64,000 nucleotides of DNA, from NCBI GenBank assembly GCA_035063585.1, contig JAPSGB010000003.1:390365-454364 (forward strand), given 5' to 3'. A model generated the notes under the pieces. That model did not search any database and was not told where the DNA came from. It saw only the letters and a list, made by a program, of their open reading frames with translations. The stretch comes from Polyangiaceae bacterium (GTDB lineage Bacteria; Myxococcota_A; Polyangia; Polyangiales; Polyangiaceae). Position numbers and translations under genes: made by a program. The stretch's first letter is position 1, and each line of letters starts with the position of its first letter. This document shows, piece after piece, positions 8,912 to 21,035 of the stretch.

Positions 8912-9994
8912 GTGCGTCAGAGGCCCTCGGCTCGCTTGCTTCGCTCGGTCGTCCGCGGCGAGCGAAGGCGCCTGCGTCGGGCGCTCGAGCGCTCGGAGCG
9001 CCATCACCGTCAGCTCATCGAGGCGATGCCCGGCTTCGTGGTCGTGCTCGACGCGGGCGGCGCCGTCACGCTCGTGAATCGTGCGTTCGAGCTCGCCACC
9101 GGGCTGTCCCGCGACGAGCTCATCGGCCGCGCCGCGGGTGACTGGCTCGGCGACGGCTCCGGCGACCGGCCCCTGCGGCTCGAGAGCGGAGGTGAGCGGC
9201 TGGTCCGCTGGCGTCTGGTCAGCGTCGACGGGGGACGGGAGACGTACGCGATGGGCGTCGACGTGACCGAGGAGCGCGGCGCCGAGGCGCGCTCGCGGCG
9301 CGACGAGCGGCTCGCCGCGGTCGGCACGCTCGCGGCCGGGCTCGCGCACGAGGTCCGCAACCCGCTGAACTCCGCGCTCCTCCAGCTCCAGCTCCTCGAG
9401 CGCCGCATCGACCAGGGGAGGCTCGAGCCGGAGCCGCTCCGCAGCGTCGCGAGCCTGGTGAAGGATGAAATCCGGCGCCTCGATCGTCTGGTGGAGGACT
9501 TCATCTCCTTCGCGCGCCCGCGCCCGCTCATGCTCGAGCCCACCGACGTGGGCGCGCTGGTGTCATCGGTCGCCGAGCTGGTTCGCCCGGACGCCGCCGC
9601 AAAGAACGTGGCGCTCGAGCTCGAGCCCGCGCCCGCGCTCGCTCCGGTCGAGCTCGAGCCCGAGCGCATGCGACAGGTGCTGCTGAACCTGATCCGAAAC
9701 GCCTTCGAGGCCATGCCGGAGGGCGGCCGACTCTACCTGCGCGTCGGCGCGGCGGCGCGGCCCGGGGGCGCGCGCATCGAGGTCGAGGACACCGGCTCCG
9801 GCATCCCCGGCGGCGCCGCGGTGTTCGAGCCGTTCTACAGCACGAAGTCCGCCGGCACCGGGCTCGGGCTCGCCATCGTGCATCGCATCGTCACCGAGCA
9901 CGGCGGCAGCATCGAGGTCGAGTCCGCGCCGGGACGGACCTGCTTCGCGATCGTCCTGCCGGCACCCCCGGCTGCGCTCGCGGAGATTGCGTAA
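8912..9994 (+). CDS. PAS-domain sensor histidine kinase
   Basis: PAS-like VVLDAGG..VNRAFE..TG and DVTE, then [19 protein letters not shown] and GTGLGL. Start at GTG 8912 is inferred. Confidence 0.85.
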   Translation: MRQRPSARLLRSVVRGERRRLRRALERSERHHRQLIEAMPGFVVVLDAGGAVTLVNRAFELATGLSRDELIGRAAGDWLGDGSGDRPLRLESGGERLVRWRLVSVDGGRETYAMGVDVTEERGAEARSRRDERLAAVGTLAAGLAHEVRNPLNSALLQLQLLERRIDQGRLEPEPLRSVASLVKDEIRRLDRLVEDFISFARPRPLMLEPTDVGALVSSVAELVRPDAAAKNVALELEPAPALAPVELEPERMRQVLLNLIRNAFEAMPEGGRLYLRVGAAARPGGARIEVEDTGSGIPGGAAVFEPFYSTKSAGTGLGLAIVHRIVTEHGGSIEVESAPGRTCFAIVLPAPPAALAEIA

Positions 9995-10027
9995 GCACGA
10001 CGCAAAGCTCGCGCGTCACGGCATGCT

Positions 10028-10044
10028 GGCGCAAACTCTGCGCC
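10028..10044. promoter_or_regulatory. Inverted repeat, candidate enhancer for a sigma54 activator
   Basis: GGCGCA-AACTC-TGCGCC about 55 nt upstream of the -24 element. Confidence 0.4.
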
Positions 10045-10096
10045 GCCGCTCGGCGAGCGGCCGCATGTTCGCGCGGACTTCAGCGATTCTTGCGCG

Positions 10097-10112
10097 TGGC
10101 ACGTCGTGTGCT
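10097..10112 (+). promoter_or_regulatory. Sigma54 -24/-12 promoter
   Basis: TGGCAC-GTCGT-GTGCT with exact spacing, upstream of SD GGAGGA and TTG 10150. Confidence 0.7.
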
Positions 10113-10149
10113 TGTGCAGATTTCGCGTATCGCCCCGGGAGGACTGAGA

Positions 10150-11535
10150 TTGGCCGCTAAAGGACGCATCCTCGTCGTCGACGACGAGTCCAACGCCAGG
10201 AACGCGCTCGCCGAGCTCTTGAAGGAGGAGGGCTACTCGGTCGAGACGGCCGCGGACGGCTTCAAGGGTCTCTCGCGGTTCCACGAGTTTGGTCCCGACC
10301 TCGTGCTCACCGACCTCAAGATGCCGGGGATGGACGGCATCGAGCTGCTCGGCAAGGTGCGTGAGGCCGATCCGGACGTGTCGGTGATCGTGACCACCGC
10401 CTTCGGCGCGGTCGAGACGGCCGTCACCGCCATGCGCGCGGGCGCGCTCGACTACCTCACCAAGCCCATCAACATCGACGAGCTGCTCATCGTGCTCGAG
10501 CGCGCGCTCGAACAGAGCCGGCTCCGCCGTGAGGCGCACGCGCTCCGTTCCCAGCTCGCGGAGCGCTACCGCTTCGATAACGTGATCGGCTCCTCCCCGA
10601 AGATGCAGCAGGTGTTCAAGACGGTGGCGCAGGTCGCGCCGAGCCGCGCGACGATCTTGCTCACCGGTGAGTCCGGCACCGGCAAGGAGCTGATCGCGGC
10701 GGCGATCCATCATCGCTCGCCGCGCGCGGGCGGCCCCTTCGTCAAGCTCCACTGCGCGGCGCTCGCCGAGAGCCTGCTCGAGAGTGAGCTCTTCGGCCAC
10801 GAGCGCGGAGCGTTCACCGGCGCCGATCGCCGGCGCGAGGGGCGCTTCGAGCAGGCTGACGGCGGGACGCTCTTCCTCGATGAGATCGGGGAGATCTCGG
10901 CGTCGACGCAGGTCAAGCTCTTGCGCGTGCTGCAAGAGCACGAGTTCGAGCGAGTGGGTGGCAACCAGACGGTGCGGGTGGACGTGCGTGTCATTGCGGC
11001 GACCAACCGCGAGCTGAAGCAGCAGGTCGCCGAGGGGAAATTTCGCGAAGATCTCTTCTATCGCCTCAACGTCATCAACATCCACCTGCCCTCGCTCCGC
11101 GAGCGCACCTCGGACGTGCCGGCGCTCGCCACGCATTTTCTCGAGCATTACGCGCGCGAGAACCAGAAACCGATCACGCGCTTCAGCGACGCCGCGCTCT
11201 CGCGGCTGGTGGGCTATGACTGGCCGGGCAACGTCCGTGAACTCGAGAACGTGGTCGAGCGCGCGGTAGTGCTGGCCGAGGGCGCCCAGATCGAGCCCGC
11301 GCACCTGCCGCCCGAGGTCGAGCCCACCATCGAGACGCGCGCCGCGCCGCTCATCCCCGGCGCGAACATGGCTGACATCGAGCGCTTCGCGATCCTCTCC
11401 ACGCTCGAGGCGCAGGGCGGTTCGACCAGCCGCGCCGCGGACGTGCTCGGCATCAGCGTGAGGAAGATCCAGTACAAGCTGCAAGAGTACGGTCGCGCGC
11501 CGAAGAGCGGCGTCCCGGCGGTCGGCGCGAAGTGA
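10150..11535 (+). CDS. Sigma54-dependent response regulator (NtrC/AtoC family)
   Basis: REC (ILVVDDE, TDLKMP), [31 protein letters not shown] and Fis-type HTH. Confidence 0.95.
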   Translation: MAAKGRILVVDDESNARNALAELLKEEGYSVETAADGFKGLSRFHEFGPDLVLTDLKMPGMDGIELLGKVREADPDVSVIVTTAFGAVETAVTAMRAGALDYLTKPINIDELLIVLERALEQSRLRREAHALRSQLAERYRFDNVIGSSPKMQQVFKTVAQVAPSRATILLTGESGTGKELIAAAIHHRSPRAGGPFVKLHCAALAESLLESELFGHERGAFTGADRRREGRFEQADGGTLFLDEIGEISASTQVKLLRVLQEHEFERVGGNQTVRVDVRVIAATNRELKQQVAEGKFREDLFYRLNVINIHLPSLRERTSDVPALATHFLEHYARENQKPITRFSDAALSRLVGYDWPGNVRELENVVERAVVLAEGAQIEPAHLPPEVEPTIETRAAPLIPGANMADIERFAILSTLEAQGGSTSRAADVLGISVRKIQYKLQEYGRAPKSGVPAVGAK

Positions 11536-11677
11536 GGGCGCCCGCGCCGGCGGGCTCGAGCGGAGGGGTGCCGGTCCGGCGCGGAAGCGCGCCGGCGCGC
11601 CGGCTCGACTCTCGCGAGATCTTGGCGGCGCGCACGCCGCGCTGGCGTCCCGCGCCGCACGCGATAACGCTCACCGC

Positions 11678-12217
11678 ATGACCACCGACGCGGAACCCTT
11701 CCGCCGCTGCAGCACCTGCAAGAAGCCCATCGATTTCGAGGCCGCTTACTACGAGTGCAGCGTCTCGACCTGCAACCGCAAGCGGACCGGGCTCTACTTC
11801 TGCTCGCTCGGATGCTGGGAGGCGCATCTGCCGATGATGCGGCATCGCGACGCCTGGGCGGTCGAGGCGCGCGCGCCGACGCGCGAGGCTCACGCCGCCG
11901 AGGAGCCCGACGAGCCGGCGCGCGTCGAGGCTGCGCGTCCGGCGATCTCCGAGCCCGCGCGCGCGTCGAGCGCCGAGCACGGCGCGGAGGCGCGGCGGCG
12001 CGTGGTCGCCTCGCCGCCCGACGCCGCCGAGGAAGACGTCCTCGTCGTGGTGTCGAAGCTCAAGGCGTACGTGCGCGCGCGCTCCGGTATGAACACCTCG
12101 GACGCGGTCGCGCACCGGCTGTCGAACCATCTCCGACGCCTGTGCGACGCCGCCATCCAGAGCGCCGAGCGCGACGGGCGGCGGACCCTGCTCGAGCGCG
12201 ACTTCGACCGCCGCTGA
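11678..12217 (+). CDS. Bacterial histone-fold protein with N-terminal Cys-rich zinc finger
   Basis: N-terminal CSTC..CSVSTC..CSLGCWEAH. C-terminal VLVVVSKLK..MNTS..LS..LC..SA..DGRRTLLERDF carries the histone RxTxxxxD motif. Confidence 0.8.
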   Translation: MTTDAEPFRRCSTCKKPIDFEAAYYECSVSTCNRKRTGLYFCSLGCWEAHLPMMRHRDAWAVEARAPTREAHAAEEPDEPARVEAARPAISEPARASSAEHGAEARRRVVASPPDAAEEDVLVVVSKLKAYVRARSGMNTSDAVAHRLSNHLRRLCDAAIQSAERDGRRTLLERDFDRR

Positions 12218-12392
12218 GCGCCTCGAGAGCGCCCGAGGTTCCTCCGAGACGCGCCGACCGGCCCACGGGCCGACCAGCGGCGCGAAGCGCGTCACGCGAC
12301 GCGCGAGGCGGCCGGGACGCGCGCTTCCGCGCCGCCGCGACACCAGGACCCCGACCGGGCGCGCGGCAAGCTACCATGCCCCTCGTTTCACG

Positions 12393-14003
<1,611 letters not shown>

Positions 14004-14150
14004 CGCGCGCGACGCTCGGCGGCAGTTCACGCACGCATCGGCGCGTCGCTGCGAGAGGGTCCGGCGCGTTCGCGAGCTCGACTAGACGTTCGCGAAACCC
14101 TCGCCCGCTCGCCTTGGAAACGCGAGCGCCTCGGTCTAGGGTGGCGGCCC

Positions 14151-16172
14151 ATGACTCGTCGCGTCGTAGCGCTCGCGCTCGCCCCGCTCGCCGTTCTCTC
14201 GTGCAGCCCGACCACGCCGCCTGCCGAAGCGCCGCCGGTCGCGCCGGTGGTCGCGCCCGCTCCGGAGGATGGCGAAGAGCCGGTGACGCCGCCCAAGTAC
14301 TCGCGGCTCGGGCGCGAGGAGCTGAACCGCCTGGCGGTGCGCGCGAACCTCCCCCTCTACTGGGCGGAGGACGAAAACCACGACGGCGCGGTCGACCCCG
14401 GCGAGGTGCACGCGCTCCTCTTCTATCCGCCCGCCGCGCGCTGGACGGAGCGCGGCGCGTTCACTCCTGCGTTCGCCGCCGCCTACCAAGGGCTCCTTCA
14501 CGCCGCCCAGGCAGGCGCGCCGAGCGAGCCGCGGGAGCGGCTGGTGCTGGAGGATCTCGATCAGGGGAGAGCCACGCTCGTGCGCTCCGACCTGAGCGGG
14601 CTCGACGCGGCCGAGCAGGCGTTCGTCGCGCGGATCCTCGAGGCGACCGCGGTCATCGACGAGCTCTACGACGTGCAGACCGGGGCGGCCGCGCTGGCGC
14701 CCAGCGTCCCGAGCGGCGACGCGGCGAGCCAGAGCCTGTTCCGGAGAAACCGGGGTCCGAAGTGCCGCGCGCCGAAGACCGAGGGCAACCCCGAGTGCTC
14801 CGCGATCCCGGGCGCGCCGAAGCCGGTCGTCGACGTGTATCCGGCGAGCGTGCAGACGGGGCCCGATTTCTGCGCCGCGCTCGAGAAGCGCCCCGACGCC
14901 AAGACGCTCCTCACGCCGTTCACGGTGGTGCGCGAGGAAGGTGAGCGGCTCGTCGCAGTGCCGTACTCCAAGGCCTACGCCGGGCCGATGGGGCGCGTCG
15001 CCAGCGCGCTCGACGCGGCGGCTCGAGCGCTCACCACTCCGAGCGAAGGCGCGCTCCGGAGCTACCTCGCCGCGGCCGCCGGGAGCTTCCGCTCGGGCGA
15101 CTGGGGTCCGGCCGACGAGGCCTGGGCCAAGATGACCGCGACCAACTCGAAGTGGTATCTTCGCGTCGCGCCCGACGAGACGTACTGGGATCCGTGCAGC
15201 CACAAGGCCGGTTTCCACCTCACCTTCGCGCGCATCAACCAGGCCTCGCTCGCGTGGCAGGAGAAGCTCACTCCTCACCGGAAGGACATGGAGGAGTCCC
15301 TCGCGAAGCTGATCGGCGCGCCCTATCGCGCCCGCCCCGTGACCTTCCACCTCCCCGACTTCATCGACATCGTGTGGAACGCGGGCGACGATCGCCAGGC
15401 CTTCGGCGCCACCATCGGTCAGAGCCTGCCGAACTGGGGCAAGGTCGCCAGCGAGGGCCGGGGGCGCACGGTCGCGATGAGCAACCTCTTCACCGACCCC
15501 GACAGCCGCGCCATGCGGCGCGAGCAGGCCGCGTCGCTGCTCGACGCCGAGGCGATGAAGCTCTTCTCCGATGAGCCGATGCCCGGACTCCTCGACACCA
15601 TCTTGCACGAGGCGACCCACAACCTCGGCCCCGCTCACGAGTACAGGTATCGAGGCAAGACGGCCGACCAGGCCTTCGGCGGTGAGCTCGCCAGCATGCT
15701 CGAGGAGCTGAAGGCGCAGACCGGCGCGCTCTATTTCCTCGAGTTCGCCAAGACGCGCGGGCTCATCTCGCCCGAGCTCGCCGCGCAGGCCTACGTCGAC
15801 TCGTTCGTGTGGGCCTTCGGTCATATCTCGCGGGGTATGACCACGCCGGACGGCCACCGCCGGCCCTATAGCCAGCTCGCCGCCATCCAGCTCGGCGCGC
15901 TCATCGACGAAGGCGCGCTCACGTGGGACCCGAAGCGGCCTGCCGCCAACGGCCGCGACCAGGGGGCCTTCAGCGTCGAGCCCGCGCGCTTCTCCGCCGC
16001 CGCCGAGAAGCTCATGAAGCTGGTGGCCACCATCAAGGCCAAGAACGACCGCGCCGCCGCCGAGGCGCTGGCGAAGCAGTACGTGGAGGGCGACGCGGTG
16101 CCGATGGCCACCATCGCCGAGCGCTACCTCCGCTTCCCGAAGGCGAGCCTCGTCTACGCCGTCGACCGCTGA
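14151..16172 (+). CDS. Lipoprotein zinc peptidase, M49/DPP III-like
   Basis: Lipobox LSC, ILHEATHNLGP zinc motif, LEELKA second motif and QSLPN. Confidence 0.75.
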   Translation: MTRRVVALALAPLAVLSCSPTTPPAEAPPVAPVVAPAPEDGEEPVTPPKYSRLGREELNRLAVRANLPLYWAEDENHDGAVDPGEVHALLFYPPAARWTERGAFTPAFAAAYQGLLHAAQAGAPSEPRERLVLEDLDQGRATLVRSDLSGLDAAEQAFVARILEATAVIDELYDVQTGAAALAPSVPSGDAASQSLFRRNRGPKCRAPKTEGNPECSAIPGAPKPVVDVYPASVQTGPDFCAALEKRPDAKTLLTPFTVVREEGERLVAVPYSKAYAGPMGRVASALDAAARALTTPSEGALRSYLAAAAGSFRSGDWGPADEAWAKMTATNSKWYLRVAPDETYWDPCSHKAGFHLTFARINQASLAWQEKLTPHRKDMEESLAKLIGAPYRARPVTFHLPDFIDIVWNAGDDRQAFGATIGQSLPNWGKVASEGRGRTVAMSNLFTDPDSRAMRREQAASLLDAEAMKLFSDEPMPGLLDTILHEATHNLGPAHEYRYRGKTADQAFGGELASMLEELKAQTGALYFLEFAKTRGLISPELAAQAYVDSFVWAFGHISRGMTTPDGHRRPYSQLAAIQLGALIDEGALTWDPKRPAANGRDQGAFSVEPARFSAAAEKLMKLVATIKAKNDRAAAEALAKQYVEGDAVPMATIAERYLRFPKASLVYAVDR

Positions 16173-16438
16173 GCCCAAGGCGCGCTCACTCGAGCATCGC
16201 CCGCCGCAGCGGCGCGTTCTCGACGTCGCGGCGCGGCGTGTCCCGTGGAGTCGCCGCACGGGCTCCTATCTGCGCGGCGCCGCCGCGCGCCCGAAGGGTC
16301 CCTCGCGAGGCCCGGTCCTCGCGGCCCGGGGTGTGCCGTCTTCCGGCGCGCTCGCTTTCCGCGAGCGAGGCCGCGCGGGTCCGTTGCGCGTCGCTCGCCG
16401 CCTTGACAATCCACGCGGGAACGGTCTGACTTACTCTG

Positions 16439-18487
16439 ATGCGGTTCATCTCGTTTCTCTTCGCTTCTTTCTCCTGCGCGGTCTTGCTCGCTGCATGCTC
16501 GTCCAAGCCCGAGGTCACCGGGCGGCCCGGGCCCGCGTCGTCGTCTACCGGGGGAGCCGCTGGCGCTCCGCCGACTGGGCAGGCCGGCGCCGGTGGCACG
16601 GGTGGCGGCTTCAATGTCGGATCGGGCGGGCAAGCGCAGGCGGGCGCGGGCGGCGCCGGTGGCGCGCCCGGGCCAGAGCCCGCTTACTGCGGCGATGGGC
16701 GGGTGGATTCCGGTGAGTCCTGCGACGACGGCAACGCCGACTCGGGCGACGGCTGTTCGGCGGGCTGCCAGCTCGAGCAGGGCTTCGCGTGTCTCGAGCC
16801 GGGCAAGCCGTGCGTCTCGACCGTCCGGTGCGGCGACGGCAAGATCACGGGGGCCGAGACCTGCGAGGACGGCAACACGACGCCGGGCGACGGGTGCTCG
16901 GACACCTGTCGGCTCGAGCCCGGATACAGCTGCTTCGTGGTTGGCGCTTCGTGCGAGGCCGCCGCTTGCGGAGATGGCCTGCTCGCGGGCCGCGAGCAGT
17001 GCGACGACCACAACACCGCCAGCGGAGACGGCTGCTCGTCGACGTGCTCGCTCGAGCCGGGCTACAAGTGCGACGTCCCCGGCGCCGCTTGCGAGCAGAC
17101 CGTGTGCGGCGACGGCAAGCCGGAGGGCACCGAGCAGTGCGACGACGGAAACCACGACATGGGGGATGGCTGCACCCCGGAGTGTAAGCTCGAGCCCGGT
17201 TGCCCGGTGGCCGGCGGGCCGTGCACGACCCGCTGCGGCGACGGGTTCCGCTTCGCCGGGGACGCCAAAGAGTGCGAGGACGGCAACACGAAGAGCGGCG
17301 ACGGCTGCTCGGCGGACTGCAAGATCGAGCCCGGCTTCACCTGCGCCGAGGTGCCGTCGGCCGACAAGAATCGCCTCGAGCTCCCCATCGTCATCCGCGA
17401 TTTCGATCAGACCCACCCGGACTTCGAGTCGTTCAGCGGGAGCGGCACCGCCAACTTGGTCGAGCAGACGCTCGGCGCCGACGGCAAGCCGGTCTTGAGG
17501 GCCACCCTCGGCCAGATCACCAGCGCGGCCACGTTCGCGCAGTGGTTCAAGGACGTTCCCTGCGCTCCAGGCGTCAAGAACGACTGCAACATCACCTTCT
17601 TGCAGACGCTCGCGCTCGACCGAGTCGGGATGTCACCAAGTTACGCGTTTTCGAGCAGCGCGTTCTTCCCGATCGAGGGCATCGGTTTTGGCAACTTCCA
17701 GTCCCCGTCGCATAACTACAATTTCACGAGCGAGGTCCGCTATTGGTTCCAGTATAAGGGCGGCGAGATCCTGAATTTCACTGGCGATGATGACGTCTGG
17801 GTCTTCATCAACAAGAAGCTCGCGGTCGATTTGGGCGGCCTACACTCCGAGCGGAGCGGGAGCATCACCCTCCACGCCTCGGACGGGACCGGCTCTGCCT
17901 CCGATTTCGTCGGCGCGAACCGCACGGTGAGTCTCGGGCTCGCTCTCGGTCAGGTGTATGAGATCGTGGTCTTCCAGGCCGAGCGTCACTCGACCGGCTC
18001 GAACTACAAGCTCACGCTCGGCAACTTCACGAACCTGCCCACCACCTGCCAGAGCCAGTGCGGTGACGGCACTCGCACTCCCGACGAGGTCTGCGATGAC
18101 GGCACCGCCGCAAATGACGGCCGCTATGGCGGATGCAACGCCGACTGTACGCGGGGCCCCTTCTGCGGCGATGGCGCGCTGCAAGCCGGAGACGGTGAAG
18201 CCTGCGACGACGGCGTGAACTCGAGCCCGTACGGCACCGGCAAGTGCGCGCCCGGCTGCAAGCTCGCGAGCTACTGCGGAGACGGCAACGTCGACAGCGC
18301 CTTCGGCGAGAAGTGCGACGATGGCGCCGCTCGGAACGACGGTCGCTACGGAGGATGCAAGGCCGACTGCACGCTCGGGCCGCGCTGCGGGGACGGCAAG
18401 AAGGATGCGGGGGAGGAGTGCGACGAAGGGAAGAACAACGGGGGCGACACCTGCACCGCCACCTGTAAGCGGCGCGACATCAGGTAG
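16439..18487 (+). CDS. Fibro-slime (PA14-like) lipoprotein with Myxococcus Cys-rich repeats (DUF4215)
   Basis: Repeated CGDG..E.CDDGN...GDGCS..C; HNYNFTSE, FTGDDDVWVFIN, DLGGLH and FQAERH motifs. Confidence 0.9.
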   Translation: MRFISFLFASFSCAVLLAACSSKPEVTGRPGPASSSTGGAAGAPPTGQAGAGGTGGGFNVGSGGQAQAGAGGAGGAPGPEPAYCGDGRVDSGESCDDGNADSGDGCSAGCQLEQGFACLEPGKPCVSTVRCGDGKITGAETCEDGNTTPGDGCSDTCRLEPGYSCFVVGASCEAAACGDGLLAGREQCDDHNTASGDGCSSTCSLEPGYKCDVPGAACEQTVCGDGKPEGTEQCDDGNHDMGDGCTPECKLEPGCPVAGGPCTTRCGDGFRFAGDAKECEDGNTKSGDGCSADCKIEPGFTCAEVPSADKNRLELPIVIRDFDQTHPDFESFSGSGTANLVEQTLGADGKPVLRATLGQITSAATFAQWFKDVPCAPGVKNDCNITFLQTLALDRVGMSPSYAFSSSAFFPIEGIGFGNFQSPSHNYNFTSEVRYWFQYKGGEILNFTGDDDVWVFINKKLAVDLGGLHSERSGSITLHASDGTGSASDFVGANRTVSLGLALGQVYEIVVFQAERHSTGSNYKLTLGNFTNLPTTCQSQCGDGTRTPDEVCDDGTAANDGRYGGCNADCTRGPFCGDGALQAGDGEACDDGVNSSPYGTGKCAPGCKLASYCGDGNVDSAFGEKCDDGAARNDGRYGGCKADCTLGPRCGDGKKDAGEECDEGKNNGGDTCTATCKRRDIR

Positions 18488-18654
18488 CCGGCGGCGGCTT
18501 GCCCCGCCGCGCGCGGGGCCTCGAGCCGCCCGGCCCCGCGCCGAACCGACCCAAAAGAACCACGCTGCCCGAGCCGGGTCCGCTCGCGCTTGCGCTCGCG
18601 GTCGAGCTGACCAAGGTTTGCCCCCGAGATGCTCTCAGGGAAGCGAGGCAAGAG

Positions 18655-21024
18655 ATGAGTGAACCGATTCGTCGAGTAGGCGTCATCGGCGCCGGCGTGA
18701 TGGGCGCCGGCATCGCGGCGCATCTGGCCAACGCGAGCGTCGAGGTGCTCTTGCTAGACATCGTCCCGCCTACCTTGACGGACGAGGAGAGGAAGAGCCG
18801 GGCGGCGCGCAGCCGCTTCGCCGAGGCGGGGCTCGCGGGCGCGCTCAAGGCGAAGCCTGCGGCCTTCTTCCACAAGAGCCGCGCGGCGCTGGTGACCACC
18901 GGGAACTTGGAAGACGATCTCGCCGCGCTCGCCGGGTGCGACCTCGTCGTCGAGGCCATCGTCGAGCGGCTCGACCTCAAGCAGCAGCTCTTCGAGCGGC
19001 TCGAAGGGGTGATCGGGGAAGAGACGATCGTCGCCTCGAACACCTCGGGGCTGCGCATCCATGACCTGGTCGCGGGGCGCGGCGAGCGATTTCGTAAGCA
19101 CTTCTGCGTGATGCACTTCTTCAATCCGGTGCGCTACATGAAGCTGCTCGAGTTGGTGGCGGGCCCCGAGACGGACGCCTCCGTCATCGAGCGGGTGCGA
19201 CGCTTCGGCGAGGAGGCGCTCGGTAAGGGTATCGTGCTCGCGAACGACACCCCGAACTTCGTCGGTAACCGGATCGGTACGCACGCGATGCTGGTCGGTA
19301 TCCATGAGATGCTGAAGCGGAAGCTCGCGCCCGAGGATCTGGACGCGGTCACCGGGGCCCCGATGGCGCACCCGAAGAGCGCGAGCTTCCGCACCGCGGA
19401 CATGGTCGGCCTCGATACGCTGATGCACGTCGCGGACAACTGCCACGCCGCGCTCACGAGCGATCCGGAGCGTGAGGTCTTCGCGCTCCCTCCGTACGTC
19501 CGCACCATGGTGGAGCGCAAGCTCCTCGGCAACAAGACGAAGGGCGGCTTCTACCGGAAGAGCGGGACTGACATCCAGACCTTCGATCCTTACCGCCTCG
19601 AATATCGCAGCAAGGGAGGGGACGGCGCGATCCGCGGAAAATGCAAGGAGCTCGGCCAAGTCGAGGACCCGAGAGAGCGCGTCCGTAGGCTCTTCGCCGA
19701 CGAGGGGCCAGCCGGAGATTTCGCCTGGAGCATCCTCGCGCGCGTGTTCGCTTACTCGGCGAGCATGGTCGGCGAGATCACGAGCAGCATCGCGAGCATC
19801 GATGATGCCATGCGCTGGGGCTACAATTGGGAGCTCGGCCCGTTCGAGGCGTGGGATGCGATGGGCTTCGAGCGCGTCTGCGAGCGGATGGTGAAGGACG
19901 GCATCGCGCTGCCGAAGAGCGTCGTCGAGATGCGCGCCAAGGGCGCGAAGTCCTTCTACGACGGCGAGCGGCTCTTCGAGCTCGGCCGCGGCGAGTACGC
20001 TCCGCGCGCGCAGGACCGGCGGGCGCGCCCGCTCTCCGCGCTCCGGCACGGCTCCGCGCCGGTCCTCCGCAACGGTGGCGCCGAGGCGTGGGATCTCGGC
20101 GACGGCGTGCTCGGCGTGACCTATACGAGCAAGGCCAACACCATCGATCAGGACGTCATCGCCATGCTGGGCGAGGCGGTCGAGCGCGCCGAGCGCGACT
20201 TTCGCGCGGTCGTCATCGCCAACCAGGGCGAGCACTTCAGCGTCGGCGCCAATCTCTTCGGAGTGGTGGTCGCCGCGCAACAGCAGCAGTGGGACGCGCT
20301 CGGTGAGCTCGTACACGCCTTGCAGCAGGCCGGCCAGCGGCTGAAGTACGCGCGCGTCCCGGTGGTCGCGGCGCCCTTCGGCATGACGGTCGGCGGCGGG
20401 CTCGAGGTCTGCCTCGCGTCGGACGCCGTCCAGGCCTCGGCCGAGACCTACGCGGGGCTGGTCGAGGTCGGAGTCGGGCTCGTTCCGGCTGGCGGCGGCT
20501 GCACCAACCTCGTGTGGCGCTCGCTCGAAGGCATCCCGGAGGGAGCGGACGTCATCGTCCAGTCGCTCATCGCGCAGGTGTTCAAGAACATCGCCATGGC
20601 GAACGTCGCGACCAGCGCGGAGATGGCGAAGGAGTACGGGTATTTCCGCAAGACCGACGGCGTCACCTTCGACAAGGCGCGGCTCGTCTCGGATGCCAAG
20701 GCGCGCGCGCTCGGGCTCGCCGAGAGCGGCTATCACCCCCCTGCGCCGAGGAGCCACCTGCTGCCCGGCGAGAGCGGCGTCGCGACGCTCGGCATGATGG
20801 TGGACACCCTGGTCGCCGGTGGTTACGCGACCGAGTACGATGGGTTCATCGCTCGCAAGCTCGCGCGCATCCTCTGCGGCGGCGAGGCCGGCGCGGCGGC
20901 TCCCGTCACCGAGCAGCAGATGCTCGATCTCGAACGCGAGGCGTTCCTGTCGCTGTGCGGTGAGGAGCGAACCCTCGCCCGCATGCAGCACATGCTGATG
21001 AACAACAAGCCGCTCAGGAACTAG
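18655..21024 (+). CDS. 3-hydroxyacyl-CoA dehydrogenase/enoyl-CoA hydratase (FadN-type domain order)
   Basis: GAGVMG, SNTSGL and HFFNPVRYMKLLE; C-terminal crotonase domain with FSVGANL and GGGLE. Confidence 0.9.
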   Translation: MSEPIRRVGVIGAGVMGAGIAAHLANASVEVLLLDIVPPTLTDEERKSRAARSRFAEAGLAGALKAKPAAFFHKSRAALVTTGNLEDDLAALAGCDLVVEAIVERLDLKQQLFERLEGVIGEETIVASNTSGLRIHDLVAGRGERFRKHFCVMHFFNPVRYMKLLELVAGPETDASVIERVRRFGEEALGKGIVLANDTPNFVGNRIGTHAMLVGIHEMLKRKLAPEDLDAVTGAPMAHPKSASFRTADMVGLDTLMHVADNCHAALTSDPEREVFALPPYVRTMVERKLLGNKTKGGFYRKSGTDIQTFDPYRLEYRSKGGDGAIRGKCKELGQVEDPRERVRRLFADEGPAGDFAWSILARVFAYSASMVGEITSSIASIDDAMRWGYNWELGPFEAWDAMGFERVCERMVKDGIALPKSVVEMRAKGAKSFYDGERLFELGRGEYAPRAQDRRARPLSALRHGSAPVLRNGGAEAWDLGDGVLGVTYTSKANTIDQDVIAMLGEAVERAERDFRAVVIANQGEHFSVGANLFGVVVAAQQQQWDALGELVHALQQAGQRLKYARVPVVAAPFGMTVGGGLEVCLASDAVQASAETYAGLVEVGVGLVPAGGGCTNLVWRSLEGIPEGADVIVQSLIAQVFKNIAMANVATSAEMAKEYGYFRKTDGVTFDKARLVSDAKARALGLAESGYHPPAPRSHLLPGESGVATLGMMVDTLVAGGYATEYDGFIARKLARILCGGEAGAAAPVTEQQMLDLEREAFLSLCGEERTLARMQHMLMNNKPLRN

Positions 21025-21035
21025 AGGAGAGACCC

